A program made the position numbers and the translations under genes. DNA of 63,265 bases, counting the filler, from Hyphochytrium catenoides (taxonomy: Eukaryota; Protista; Hyphochytriomycota), in NCBI GenBank assembly GCA_900088475.1. It is 11 parts of 11 records of this genome, joined end to end, with 100 filler letters (N's around TTAATTAATTAA, not from the genome) between each part and the next. Parts side by side here need not be neighbours in the genome. Positions count along the whole stretch, not along the records: positions 48,430 to 57,096 come from FLMG01003093.1; positions 57,197 to 58,511 come from FLMG01001992.1; positions 58,612 to 60,617 come from FLMG01004183.1; positions 60,718 to 62,034 come from FLMG01001028.1; positions 62,135 to 63,265 come from FLMG01000981.1; 6 more parts are not named here. The stretch is one strand, 5' to 3'. Within the stretch, counting starts at the first letter, position 1; each line of letters begins with the position of its first letter. Of this stretch, positions 50,523 through 63,265 are shown piece by piece. The notes beneath the pieces were generated by a model that ran no database searches, was not told the origin of the DNA, and saw only the letters and a list, made by a program, of their open reading frames with translations.

Positions 50523-51271
50523 CTATCTCTTTACAAGGTTCTCAAGCCTGTTTCCTGCCTCTACGATTGTCTCATCCTTCTTACAGAAGGCGAAGCGGGC
50601 ATAGTTGGTCGCCAGATACTTATTCTCCGCAGAAAAGAAGGCACTCGGAGGAATGGCAGCCACACCTGAAGAGAGAGAGAGAGAGAGAGAAGGCAGGGGT
50701 TTGTTGAGCCGGTGACGGAGGCAAGAAAACACTAAGACTAACGCACGCAGGTGACTGAAAATGAGAGAGAGAAGAGGACCCATAGCTACATAGAATAGAG
50801 ATTGAAATAGGAAGCAAGGAAAACTGCTCCTCTCCATCTCTACCTCCGCTTCTCTTCTCTCTTTCTCTCTCTCTCTCAGTCTCTACTCTCTTTCTCACCC
50901 TTCCTATCCTCACCTTTCTCAACTGTCAGCCACCGACAGAAGGCATAGTCCCTAGGAACCGCTCCGTCCTCTGTATATTTCTTAGGAATCTCCACGTTTG
51001 AGGTATCTGCAAAAGTGAAGAAGCTTCCAGCTGGCTGCAGAGGAGAGAGACCGGCATTCTCTAGTGCTGAGAGGAGCAGATCGCGCTTTCTTTTATAAGA
51101 CGCTTTGAGCCTAGTGCACGAGACACAGAAGAGAGGAGAGAGTGAAGTGAGAGAGATGCAGTAAGCAGCGAAAAGCCAGAGTTTGACTAGAGAAATCTGA
51201 AAAGAGCGAGAGGAGAACGAGAGAGAGAGGAAGGGATAGATAGATGGATAGAGAGGGAGAGAGAGAGGGCA

Positions 51272-51303
<32 letters not shown>

Positions 51304-54163
51304 GAGAGGGATGAGTAGCGCTGGCACGAGGGGAGAAAAACGCCAGCAATGACAGCTAAAGTTGGGGCCTCCGACTGGTCAAGAGACAGTCTGATAGAAG
51401 CTATATATGTACCATTCATAATAGTTGGCATGCCCCTCATACGGTTCCTCTGCCTTCACCAAGGCTCTTGCTACTGCTTCTTGAAGCGGCGTAGCCACGG
51501 AAAAGGGGATCCAAGCGTTTGCCATCTGGACAGGGAAGATCAGGTGCTTTGGACCGACGAGCCAACCTGGGAGATCAGTGCACGAGACCATCAGAGGAGC
51601 CATGGGATATGAGGGCAAGAGTCAAAGAGACTATAGACAGAGCTTGGCTAGCAAAGAACAAGGAGAGGAACGCGCATTAGACTGAGTTGAGAGGAACCTG
51701 CACTGCACGGAGAGCCACAGCTGCCAATCACGCAGCAACAGGGTGAAGACAAGACGAGGGAAAAGAACAGAAAAGCCTAGTTATAGCAGATATTAAGGCT
51801 TGTCACACCTATCTTCCATCCAGTGACGGAGAAAGTCTTCCCTGCGGAGAACATTGTGATTGTCCTGTCCCACATGCCCTCCAGCTCCGCCATGTGGTAG
51901 AACTCTTCAAAAACGATCCGCTCATACACTTCGTCACTAATGACTATGAGGTTCTCATGGGAGAGAACTACCTCGGCAATGGCTAGACAGGAGAGAAATC
52001 CAAAAGATATGCACCGCAGATGTGAAAACGTAGGTCAATGAGAGCAGGACTAAAGTCAGCAAAAGATAACCAAGGCATAGGTTGCCACATGTTAACTATA
52101 TAGAGAGGAAAAGAGAGAGACTGAAATACAAAGAGAGAAAATGAGAGACAGGGAGATAGAGAGAGTTGCTTTGACGCTGGTGTATGGCCTATAAGGGTGG
52201 AGCATCCCGGAGGAGGTAATGAGAGCGTGTATGACTTGGGGCAAGGCTAGAGATAATGAGGGCTATACGAGAGGAAGTGTATTAAGCAAGCAAGTTGGGA
52301 AGGATAAACAAGAAGACACCCAGTGGACGGCAGGCCCCCAAGGTCAACGAGAGAATAAAAGAAGTCATACCACGGCCATACACCTACTCAGGGAATCGTG
52401 ATGAGAGGAGAATGTGCGTAGAGAGAGAGATGCAAAAAAGCGGCCCCAAAGAGGAATAAAAGGCAAGGCAAGTTCGTTACCCTTGAGCTCTGTCTTCGTG
52501 AACACCTTTCCAACTGGGTTATGGGGATTGTTGAGGAGCAGGATCTTCGTTTTAGGCGTGATCACTCTCTTAAGCTCTTCGATGTCCAAGGTCCAATCTT
52601 GAGAGGAGAGCTTCTGGCCGTTGCCTTCATCCTAGGGAGCAAGCATCAATGAAGCACAAAGAGGAAAGAAGCCTCTTAGATAAAGCAAAGTGGCACATAA
52701 GCTGAGAGCCTGGTAAAGTTTGTATGAGGAACAGTAGCGCTCAAGGACGCAAGGAGAGTGTTTGATATTCAGACAGAACTCGAAGGGAGAGGTAGGGGTC
52801 CAGAAGCGAGAACGATGGATTATAGGCAGACGCGGAAGAGTCAACGGCCCAGAAAGTTCGTTTACCAGGGATGCAGGTGGGCGCAATGGGATGTACTTGA
52901 CCACTCCTCCGGCCATTCCGATCTGTGGGGCGTAGATATCGAACGCTGGCTCGATCAGAATCACCTCGTCGCCAGGATTGAGCCACGCTTGCATGGTAGC
53001 GAACAGCCCCTTTGAGAAAGGCATGGCACAGCGAAATCATGACGGCAACAGAGAGAGCGCCAAAGACAGTGTGAGAGGATGAGGAGGACAAAGATATAGG
53101 ATTGGGAGAGAGAGACAACGGGAACGTGCTCTGGTGAAGGAATGGACCCCAACCGTAGGAGAAAGCCGAATGACGGAGTTGATGAGACTCTTTAGACTAG
53201 GAACATGGAACTTCTTACGGATAGGAGGATGGCGCCGCGGCGCCCACAGCGAGCTTGACAGAAGAGAGGCAAGGTAAAGATCACAGGAGAAGGGTGAGAA
53301 GCACAGAACAAAAAGGTACAAAGCGAACAAAAGAAAAGGAAGACGATGCGACGAGAGCGTCACGATAGTTGCTCAGAGGTATCAAGAACCTCACTTGAGC
53401 GGAAGAAGGGAGAAAGAGGGAGAAAAAGAGGGAGAGAAAGAGCGAGAGAAAGAGCGAGAGAAAGAGAGAGAGAGANNNNNNNNNNNNNNNNNNNNNNNNN
53501 NNNNNNNNNNNNNNNAGGAGAGAGAGAGAGAGAGAGAGAGAAAGAAAGACAGGAAGACTTCCTCCTGGAGCGTACCTCACTCACGCCCACACTCACTGCG
53601 ATGTTCTCTAGTGGGTCTATCTCGTGCTTGACCCTTGGAGAGTAGATCTTAGCGATTGTATGAACTAAGGAAGGCAACCCTGCCGAGCGGCAGTACTGGT
53701 TGAAGTTTGCATCTATCGCTGCCTTAGCTGCTTCCTTGCAGAATGGAGGAGCGTCCCAGTCTGGGAAGCCTGAGAAGCAACAGGAGAGAACAAGAGAGGT
53801 ATGGTGCAAAGCGCAAGGCATGACAACAGGCAGCAGATGTAGCGTGAGATATCTGAATCAGGCTCTAGACTTGCTTGTAGTTGGAGTTAGTCACGAAAGA
53901 TAGAGGTAAGTGTAAGATATCCATCTTGTGTTACCTTGCCCAAGGTTGATGGCATTGTGCTGGTTTGCTAGGGGCGTGAATTCATGCTAGATGCGATAGG
54001 CATAGCGCGTCAGAGTTAAATGCAGCTAACGAAGGAAACGTAGTTATCCTACCCAGACAGTCGGAGCCATAAACCGTGACAGTCGTGAGTTCACCTTCAG
54101 CCCCTTGAGGTCATCCGGGAGATTTTTGTCATTGATGCTTCCTGCTTCTTCCGAGCTGCTCAT
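50523..54163 (-). CDS. KYAT: Kynurenine-oxoglutarate transaminase / glutamine transaminase K-like PLP aminotransferase (9 exons)
   Basis: AINLGQGFPD, NQYCRSAG, LNPGDEVILIEPAFDIY, LNNPHNPVGKVF, ISDEVYE, SAGKTFSVTGWKIG (PLP Lys), GVAAIPPSAFF and RFAFCK. Confidence 0.93.
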
Positions 54164-54944
54164 TGCTCGCTGATGATTTATCCTATTCCACTTATTAGAG
54201 GCACGCCGCAGTTGAGGACCCCAGCCCGCTCGCCGCAGCAGACGGGTAGGGAAGTTCAAGATTAGGAAAGCCGTTGTACTTGCTAAATCAACCTCCGCTG
54301 TATCTGTTATGATCAATGTGTAGGGCTTGGCCAGCAATGGTTGAGCACTGTGAAGCTCTAACGGAGCTCGAGAGACCTGCAGGACGGAGGAGCCATTGAG
54401 CTTCAATGCGTTTGTCTGGAAAAAGATGCAGATTGCAGACAGGAAGATGCAAAAGGTGAAGCTCAGAACATAAGAATAAGGGAGACTCCGAAAACAGGAC
54501 TCCTATTTTCGGGCATACCAATGCCACTCTGATAATCGTGATAATCACTAGGAGAGATTTAACATTGGTGATATGTCCCCTTCAGTGTTACATTCCACAA
54601 CAGCGAGTTCTTCTACTACAGTTTCCATCAGTAGAACTAGTTCTTTTTAGAAAAAAAATTTAGAACTAATAAGGTCGTGATGCGGAGACCAGCAACGCAG
54701 TAGCACGTCAGACCGCGACCGACGGAGAGTGTACAAGGAAGTAATAACGTAAGAGGACCTTGTTGTTGGCCAGCTTCTTCCTCATATTATTCAGTGCCAT
54801 CGTCGCTCACCACGGAGCATCGGTCGATGAGTGATTAGACCTGTCCGTTGTTTAGTCTTGTCTGGCTGTTTTGAAGGGAGGGAGGACGAGGGATGACTGC
54901 CAATGAACTGTTTTTCCCTTGCGATCCCTTTAGAACTATAGAAA

Positions 54945-55215
54945 CCTGTACAAGTACAGTATAAAGTCTAGCAGTACAACTCGTAGTTCAAGTACTCCGA
55001 TTATTAGGCTTCCCCAACTAGTAAGTAAATAAAAATACAAGTACAAGTACCACAACTACAAGTACGAGTACAATATCCAAACACTCATCTTTTCTACTTG
55101 TACCTCCTCGAAACAAACCGCACGATTGAACGAGAGACAACTCCAATCCTCCTCTAAATAATAAGTACAAGTACTACTTTACAGCCCGTGATCGGTTTAT
55201 GTAGTACTTGTACTT
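54945..55215. repeat. AGTACA-motif-rich segment, possible DNA transposon relic
   Basis: Many ACAAGTAC motifs and a terminal inverted pair AAGTACAAGTACTAC / GTAGTACTTGTACTT. Confidence 0.35.
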
Positions 55216-56245
55216 CTATAAAACGGTAGTTGTCCCTACTACTACTACTACTGTCCAATCATTTATTTAGAAGGCAGGGCAGAAAGACCCCGGCTGGTTG
55301 TTTTCATTTGCCGGTTGATGGGCTTCAGGCTTCAGAAGAGCAGCACATCAAGGCTTCAAGGCAGGTCGTGGTTAGGGCGTTACTCTTTCTTCCAAAAATA
55401 CTTCGTCCAGAGTAACGGACGGACGCGGCTCCGGGGTGGTTACAGGGCAAGGCGAGCGGATCAGCCCAGCGCCAGTAACGTCCTGCAGTTGTCCACTCTT
55501 TCTCTCCTGCTACGACAAAGTCGATTACCTGATGCACTACTACTCTGCTATCTCCAAGAGTCCGTGCCCGCCCGCCTGTGACCCGTCGAGTACATATCAG
55601 GATTGATGCTGCTGCCTCAACCTCCTCCCGGGAAGAGAGAAGAAGAAGTGAAGATGCAGCCATCCTTGTTCTGTTCACAAAGCCTAACAAGCAAGAGGCA
55701 AATGAAAGAGGGTCTGAAGTCCACTCCTAATTTAATGGAGGATTATGGGCCGAGCAAGACGAATGGCCCCTTCTCGTTGTTTCTCCATGCCCCCTGGAAG
55801 GCGTTCCGAGTGGGCTAAACCTTCCTCACATCACATCCGCAGTCCTACCTCGTCTTGTCCTCTTCTTGTCTCGCAACTGAACGTTGTTTTTCTATTCTCT
55901 TCGCTCTTCTCCTCTCTTGATCATCTTCTTGCTCTTCTATTGCCCTGTCTCGCCGTGCTTTGCCTTCTTTGTCGTCTCTGGACCTCTCTCTTCCCCATGG
56001 CTCGCTCAATAGTTCTCGTAAATAAGGCCAGCCACAAGCCCAACGCTGGATCCTTCCATTCATCCCTCATTCCCCTGCCTGTTTTAAAGAGCTGTGGTAT
56101 GAAATAGTACCTACGTTTTGCCCATCATCCATGGACAACTTTCCATATAGCCAGCAACTGGCGCCCAGATTGCAACTTCCTGCTTGGCTCTCAGAGAGCT
56201 GGTCATCACAAACCGCTTTGCTGCGCTGCCAATCTGTAAAGAAAG

Positions 56246-57096
56246 ATGAGTACAAGCGGCAAGCTTTCGACAAAAAAAGATGAATCCCTAAATGGCACAG
56301 GCGTTGGCCAGCTTAGTAAGGAGGACCAAGGCTCGGGCCCTAAGGCGTACAGCCCAGGCCGCGCTGATGTTTGGATGCTAGGTCTCACCATTGTCATCGG
56401 CGGCCAATATTTCAGTTGGAATGCAGGCCTTGCCGCGGGTGTCTATAGCTATCTCTTCTGTTACTTGCTCACGTCGGCTGGCTATATCATTCTTTGCTTC
56501 TGCACTGCCGAGCTCAGTGGCAATCTTCCGTTTGCTGGAGGCTCCTATGGTCTCTGCAGATGTACGCTGGGCTTCCTACCAGCCTTCCTGATCGGTGGCG
56601 CTGAGGCGCTAGAGTATATCGCCTACGTCGCAACTTCAGTCGTGTCCTTCATTCGCATGATAGTCATGGCCGCACCAGCTCTGGCAGGCTATGAGCCATT
56701 GCTCTGGCTGCTCTTCTATCTCAGCGCGCTGCCCATTCACATCCTTGGAGGCAAAACCTTTTGGTACTTTAACTGGATCATTGGCGTCCCATCCATGATC
56801 ATCCTGTTGATCTACTGCTTTGGCTCCCTTCCCTATGTGGACTTTGCCGCAAACTTGGCTGCTCACGGAATCGGTGAGTTTGAGGGCGGCATGGATCGCT
56901 TTATGAAGATGTTGCCCATTGCTCCGTGGTTCTATGTTGGTGTGGAAGCGCTTCCCATGGTTTGCGATCAGGTTCAGCAGCCAAAGAAGGTTGTTCCCAT
57001 CGCGCAGGCTCTCTGTGTGTTGACTCTGTTTGTGACGGGCACAATGACGTACTTCATCACGGTCTCTTTGCCTCCGCCTGAGGAGTTTGACGATGA
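56246..57096 (+). CDS. APC-superfamily amino acid permease (ethanolamine-permease-like), truncated
   Basis: VWMLGLTIVIGGQYFSWNAGL, AELSGNLPFAGGSYG, WFYVGVEAL, multiple TM segments, no introns. Confidence 0.9.
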
Positions 57097-57196
57097 NNNN
57101 NNNNNNNNNNNNNNNNNNNNNNNNNNNNNNNNNNNNNNNNTTAATTAATTAANNNNNNNNNNNNNNNNNNNNNNNNNNNNNNNNNNNNNNNNNNNN

Positions 57197-57600
57197 AAGA
57201 AAGAAGAAAAAGAGGAAGGAAGAAGAAGAAAGAAGGAAAAAAAAGTCACCGAAGAAGAAGAAGAAGAAGCAGAGGAAGCAGAAGCAGAAGGAAGAGGAAG
57301 AAGAAGAAAGAAGGAAAAAGAGGAAGGAAGAAGAAGAAAGAAGGAAAAAAAAGTAACCGAAGAAGAAGAAGAAGAAGCAGAGGAAGCAGAAGCAGAAGGA
57401 AGAGGAAGAAGAAGAAAGAAGAAAAAAGAGGAAGGAAGAAGAAGAAAGAAGGAAAAAAAAGTAACCGAAGAAGAAGAAGAAGAAGCAGAGGAAGCAGAAG
57501 GAAGAGGAAGAAGAAGAAAGAAGAAAAAGAGGAAGGAAGAAGAAGAAAGAAGAAAAAAAAAGTAACCGAAGAAGAAGAAGAAGAAAGAAGAAGAAGCAGG
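57197..57600. repeat. Purine-rich ~100-110 bp tandem repeat
   Basis: The anchor AAAAAAAGTAACCGAAGAAG recurs at ~57244, 57353, 57461 and 57562. Confidence 0.8.
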
Positions 57601-58774
57601 AGGAGAAGAAAACATTAGACAAGTAACAGAAGAAGAGAAGAAGCAGAAGGAGAAGAAGAAGAAGAAGGAGAGGAAGAAAAGAGGAGAAGTAGAGGGCGAA
57701 GAAGAAGGAGGAGAAGAAGAAGCAGAAGACGCAGAAGAAAAAAAGAAGAAGAAGAAGAGAAGGAGGAGAAAAATGGAGAAGTAACGAAGAAGACGAAGAA
57801 GAAGCCGTAGCAGCAGCAGCAGAAGAAGAAGGGGAAGAAGAAGAAGAGAAACAGGAAGAGGAAGAAGGAGAAGAGACAGGAGCGACAACGTCCCGGATTC
57901 TTCAACAAGCTTAAGAAATTCAAGAGAAGAAGGCGAAGGCGAGAGTAGAAAGAATGAAGAGCAAGAAAGAATAGACGAGAACTGGACAGCATAGACATAA
58001 GAACTATACATAACAAGAGGGAGAGACAAGAGAGAGGAAGAGAGAGAAGAAAAAGAGAAAGAAGAACCAGAGAGAAACACACAAGAGAAAAGAAAGAGAG
58101 AGAGAAATGAAAGAGAGAGAAAGAAAGAGACAGAAAGGCTGAAAAAAGTTTCAGCAAGGACATTAGTTCCATCGATTATCTAGCAGCAGGAAGCGAGGAC
58201 GCTGGAAAGAGCAAAGGAGTAAAATCAATAACAGGGATCCCATGTCCTCTTATCTCTCTCTCTCTCTTTCTCTGTTTGTGTCTCTCTCTCTCTTTCTTTT
58301 CTCTCCTTGGCTTTCTGGTTCATCGCCGTCTCTATTAGGCGAGTCTTCCTTTCTTTTAATGCTTTCAAAGGTGCCTCTTTGTGCTTGCGTCTGACAGCTT
58401 CATCTCGCTGTCTTCTCCTTTTTCTCTTTCCTTTCCTTCCTCCTCAATAGAGGACCATTCTCCCCAGCTCTTGGTTCCAATTTCTTCATCTCCTCTCTCT
58501 CTCTCTCTCTCNNNNNNNNNNNNNNNNNNNNNNNNNNNNNNNNNNNNNNNNNNNNTTAATTAATTAANNNNNNNNNNNNNNNNNNNNNNNNNNNNNNNNN
58601 NNNNNNNNNNNTCTCCCTCTCCCTCTCTCTCTCTCTCTCTTATATACACTCTCTCCCCCCTTGTTCTTTCTTTTTCTCTCCGCTCATCATCTGCTCGTTC
58701 CTCAGTGGACGCTTCCTCTCCTTTTTCGCTTGGTGCAGCTTTTTTCATTCCGCTATTTCTTCTTGCCTTGTGTA

Positions 58775-59409
58775 GAGAGCACAGGGAAGAGGTTGCCAGG
58801 CTGATGGCGAAGGATAACAGTGAGATCTTCTCTCTCCTGTCGAACATTCACAGCCAGATGGGCAAGGACAGAACTCTTGAGGTCACGGTAAGGAGGAGGC
58901 GAGATCACAGAGAACGGAGAGAGAACCTGAGAGAGAGAAAAAGACAGAGAGAGAGCACCAGGGAGCGAGAGAGAGCACCAGGGAGAAAGAGAAAGGGAAT
59001 AGCAGGGAGAGAGCAACATACCTCTTTGATGTTCTCTATCTTGGTCCGTTTGTTTGTGTGTGTGTCTCTCTCTCTCCCACCTTTCTGTTCTGTCTTTCGC
59101 CTCTCTCTTTTATCAGATCCTTTATATTTACCTCTAACACTGGCTCTCTTTGTCTCGTCCTTCTGTAGGAGTTAAGTGCAGAGGTTACCTCTCTAAAGGA
59201 TCAAGTCGACAGAGAGAGAAGTCAGCGAGCTCAGTATCAGACAGAATGTGGGATGGCGAAGGCTAAGGCGGAGGTATTCGCTCTACATGCTGCATAGCGT
59301 TCCGCCTTGCTGTCTCCTCTTTCCCTCTCTCTCTCTCTCTCTTTCTCTCTCGCTCTCTCTCTCCGTCTCTCTCTCAGTCTCTCTCTCTCCTCTCTCTCCT
59401 CTCTCTCTG

Positions 59410-59478
<69 letters not shown>

Positions 59479-60270
59479 GCTCGCTCCAGCCTCTCGATAT
59501 GAGTTCCTTGGCTTCAAACTGACAATTTTTGAGACTGTTCTCTTGCCCATACTCTGTCTTGTCCTCACGAATATTTTCCCTGATTCAATAATCTGCCTCT
59601 TCTTCTCATTGCGTCTTTACATGTGACTCTCTGGTGTCTGTCTTCTCTCTACACATCTTGACTGTGACTCTGTAGGTGCTTCAGGAAAGGGTCAATGCCT
59701 TAGAGGCAGAAAGCAAGCTGCTCAGCGAGCACACTCAAGTGCTTCTAGAGCATAACGAGGTAAGCCGACTCAAACCATATCTCTCTTTACTCTCTCTCTC
59801 TCTCTCTCTTGTCAAGAATCTCTCTCTTCTCTCTCTCTCCCGTATGGGACTTCTTCCTCCTCTACCCGTCCAATATTCTCTCTCCCCTCTCTGTGTCCCA
59901 TTGTACGATGAAGCTTCTTCATATCTATTTAGAGCTCTTTTCCTAGCTTCTTCACCGTCTGTCTCGCTCTTTCTTCTATTCCTCACCTGCCCCTGTCCAC
60001 ACACTCTGTCTCCCTCCACAGATGCTGAAGAAAGAAGTGGATAGGAAGACAGCAGAAGTCCAAGAGCTGCAGTATCAGTGGGGCAGCACCAAGGCTAAGC
60101 TAGCCGATACAGAGGAACAGCTGGCCATTCACAGAGAACATCTGGATCGAATGGATGAAGTTATTGCCGCTGTCAAGACGGTGAAAGTGAAAGGAAAGCT
60201 GCCTGAAGTGCTAGCTCGAGAGCTGACCAGGCCAGAGAGCCCTACCAGCAGAAGTAAAGATGGGAAGTAA
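58775..60270 (+). CDS. Coiled-coil protein, last four exons
   Basis: GT-AG-bounded exons EHREEVARL..., ELSAEVTSLKDQV..., VLQERVNALEAE... and MLKKEVDRK...SKDGK*. Confidence 0.65.
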
Positions 60271-60277
60271 GAGAGAC

Positions 60278-60317
<40 letters not shown>

Positions 60318-60899
60318 GAAGAAGCAAGAGACCCTTCTGTGGGAGATTAGCGGTACAGTCCAAGTCTATAACCCCTAACTATAAGCCTCAAGGCCATCAA
60401 CAGCAATGAAAGAAGAAGGATTCGACAAAAGTGAGGAGAGAAAGAAGTGAAAGAAAGAAAGTGCACATACTGAGGAGCAGCGCTGGTGGAGATATAGAGA
60501 CTCCACTGAGGAGGAGAGACAGTAGGCGAGAGATGGGCACTACGTCGCGTTAAGTGAGAAGGAATGTTTCTGTCGACGGTTTGGAGGTCAAGCGCTCCGG
60601 GCGCAATGTAGAGGAAGNNNNNNNNNNNNNNNNNNNNNNNNNNNNNNNNNNNNNNNNNNNNTTAATTAATTAANNNNNNNNNNNNNNNNNNNNNNNNNNN
60701 NNNNNNNNNNNNNNNNNCGCGTCTCCGCCCGCTAAAAAGCTTCGATGCTGCACTTGCTTTCTATACAGTTCCTGCTCATCGGCGGCCGAGAGCGGGGCGA
60801 AGGGGGTCACTAGAAAGGCAGTTGTTGTCAGCAGAGAGAACAGCCATAGAGAGAGGGGCAGATCTAAAGAGACAGAAAGTAAAGCGGTAGGAAAGAGGA

Positions 60900-61155
60900 A
60901 GAGATGGATACTGCTAGGTGAGGGTTATGAAGATCGAAGAGCAAGCAGAGATGATGAGTAGCTTGTTCCATGGACCAGGGGTTTCGGAGAGCAGGGAGAG
61001 AAACAGAAAGAAGAGTGAGCGGGCAAGCGAGAAGAAGAAAGAAAGAAACAGAGAGAAACAGAGAGAGAAGAAAGACAGAGGGACAGAGAGAGACAAGAGA
61101 GACAGAGAAAGAGACACACCCAGACAGACAGAGAGAGAGAGAGAGAGACAAGAGA

Positions 61156-61197
<42 letters not shown>

Positions 61198-61800
61198 ACA
61201 GGGAGAGACACAAAGAGACACCTTGATCCGTGCTACTTACCTTGTTGCTCCTCGTGGTCTTCAACATTCTTCGTCCTCTCTGCACTCTCAGCACACGACG
61301 GCATCTCCATCTCTCTCTCCATCGTCGACGGGCCTCTTCCCTCTCCTCCTCCTCCTCCTGCCTCTTCTCCTCCCATCCTGGCGCCTGGGATCCCTCGCGG
61401 TACAGTCTTCTCAACCTTGTGACCGCGGCGCTCATCATCATCCTCTTCCTCTTCCTTCCTCCGGTTAAGGATGCGGCGTCGGAGTTCCTTTGCCCGCTCA
61501 GAGCCTGGAGAAGGCTTTGCGGGACTTCGTGGCTGCTGCTTTGTTGCATCTTTAGCGAGTCGAGACAGAGGAAAGGAAGGAGCATGAGGTTCTTGAGACG
61601 GCATGTTCGGTGGCAAGAAGAGCAAGACGGGATTCTCTGCTTATTTCCCTTCAGCACCGCTCAATGGCGGGACTGAGCGTTGGATCTGCACCATCTCCAC
61701 AGTGCCGCAGATGGAGAGAAAATGATAGTGCTGGTGCCCTGCCTCTTCGTGGTCCTCCTAGCCTATCTTCCATCATTTCTACTGCCGCTTGCTTGATGAG
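60900..61800 (-). CDS. Hypothetical protein exons
   Basis: An open charged/disordered frame ends at CAAG|GTAAGT and is followed by a (CT)n intron; no recognisable domain. Confidence 0.3.
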
Positions 61801-63265
61801 TAGCTAAGGGCTCATGCCCTTCAGTTCAAGGAAAAAGCCTCCAGTAAGGCCTATAGGATGCCAAGATAGAGAAATGGAGGGAGGGTAGGTCCTCTAGGGA
61901 CGAGAGATAATCGGGAATGAGAGAGAGGCAGAGAGAGAAACGAAAGAGAGTGAGAAGAGAGAGAGAAAGTTAGTGCTCCTCTCTTCCGGATAGGTAGCTA
62001 GCAACGAGGAAGAAAGAGGGGGAGAGAGAGAGAGNNNNNNNNNNNNNNNNNNNNNNNNNNNNNNNNNNNNNNNNNNNNTTAATTAATTAANNNNNNNNNN
62101 NNNNNNNNNNNNNNNNNNNNNNNNNNNNNNNNNNGACACTTCAATAGTGTTGTTGAAAGTGCCACAGTCAAAGATTCAAACGGATTATTTCAGTCCACGA
62201 TGAAAAATCATCAATGAAAAGCGAACGGGATCTTCCATAGTAATAACAAAGGGGATCAGCAACTAGTTCTCTGCAGACACCAAACCAGGAGTGACTCGTC
62301 GGCTGGCCGATGGAGAGAGCCCGATTTGCACCTGCTGCTGTTTGCCAATCTGTCAGTTTGCAGTCTTGGTATTCACAGCCGCAGGAAGAAGGTGGTTATC
62401 CTAGGGCTGTTGCTGTTTTGTACGGCCAGGGCTGTGCTGTTCTGTACGGCCAGCTCTTGCCACAAGAAGAGGAAGCATCCAATCCGTAAGTCATTGCTTT
62501 GACAAGAGCCACGCTTGTTCTCGATTAATTGTCTTCTTACGGCCAGTGCAACGCTAGCGCCGGCTTACTTTGGAAGACTATCTTTGAACACCTAAGCCTA
62601 CAAGTCTTATAGGAACCAAACATCGGCGGAAACGAATGAAAAGGAGGATGGCTGCAGTAGAAAGCAAACAAGATTCTCACCCGCTAGGATGGCGCCCTTG
62701 GCACTGCTATCTCAATAAAAAAATGATCTCAAAAGGGCGATTGGCCCCAACCAGACGATCAAGTTCTGTCGCTGCAGCGTAAGTAGCACCATGGCCGTTC
62801 TTTGACCTTACGAAGAAGGTACTGGCATAAAGTAGTACTCCGAAGAATTGATACTTTATTGCCAGGCCTGTTACGAAGCATGGAGAAGTCACAGCACCCC
62901 TAAGATGAAGGCAGACGCCCTTCCTTGTGAACAAGGAATGTGGGTCAACAGCTACTACTATCGAAAGCATCTTAAATGGGAGGCGGAGATGATAAGTAAA
63001 AGGACGGTAGACAATCAAGAAGAAGGTATAGAAGAACAACGACTCTTGTTACCCTTTTGCCGAGCTTTAAGCTGGTAATAGGTTGGTTAGCTATTGATGC
63101 GACGTCTTTGCCATGGATAATGCAGGCCCTTACTTGGAAGAGGAGACAGTTATAAACAGGTCAAGTAGTAGTGATGATGTAGAGGCCGGCAAAAAGGCTT
63201 GGTCGTCAGAGGGCGACGCAGATGAAGAAAGCAGGGCGAGTGACAATGACTGGAATGGCTCCCTT

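Noticed and set aside
26585-62134. Recurrent palindrome TTAATTAATTAA between N runs
   Set aside because: It is an assembly linker with six-frame stops, not biology. It also voids any gene-cluster reading across contigs.
62135-63265. Short ORFs in the last contig
   Set aside because: No recognisable motif or consistent exon structure.

Overview
This is eukaryotic DNA, probably a stramenopile protist (inferred from gene content), and it is not one locus. It consists of 11 contigs joined by artificial 100-nt N44-TTAATTAATTAA-N44 linkers (26585, 31868, 33604, 42004, 44124, 48330, 57097, 58512, 60618, 62035), so neighbourhood across linkers is meaningless. Contig 1 (1-26584) is a stack of nested, decayed LTR retrotransposons followed by a ~6-7 kb tandem duplication. 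The stack includes a copia host, gypsy A, an RT-less gypsy B inside gypsy A's LTR, solo LTRs and a pogo-like MITE. Each half of the duplication carries a secreted Gly/Asn-repeat gene. Other contigs hold a zinc-finger/Ulp1 protease gene, CRE-like endonuclease relics, a secreted defensin-like/mucin protein, a 3-exon ASCH gene, a Harbinger Myb/SANT relic, syntaxin-16, a spliced LysE-like transporter, a 9-exon kynurenine aminotransferase, an APC amino-acid permease and a coiled-coil gene. The best candidates for something new are: (1) a 255-bp solo LTR with a 5-bp TSD that carries a complete tRNA-like Pol III unit; (2) secreted proteins with a strict 13-residue GxxNGxxNGxxNx repeat; (3) a defensin-like head on a mucin stalk; (4) a zinc-finger-repeat/Ulp1 fusion; (5) an intron-containing LysE homologue.
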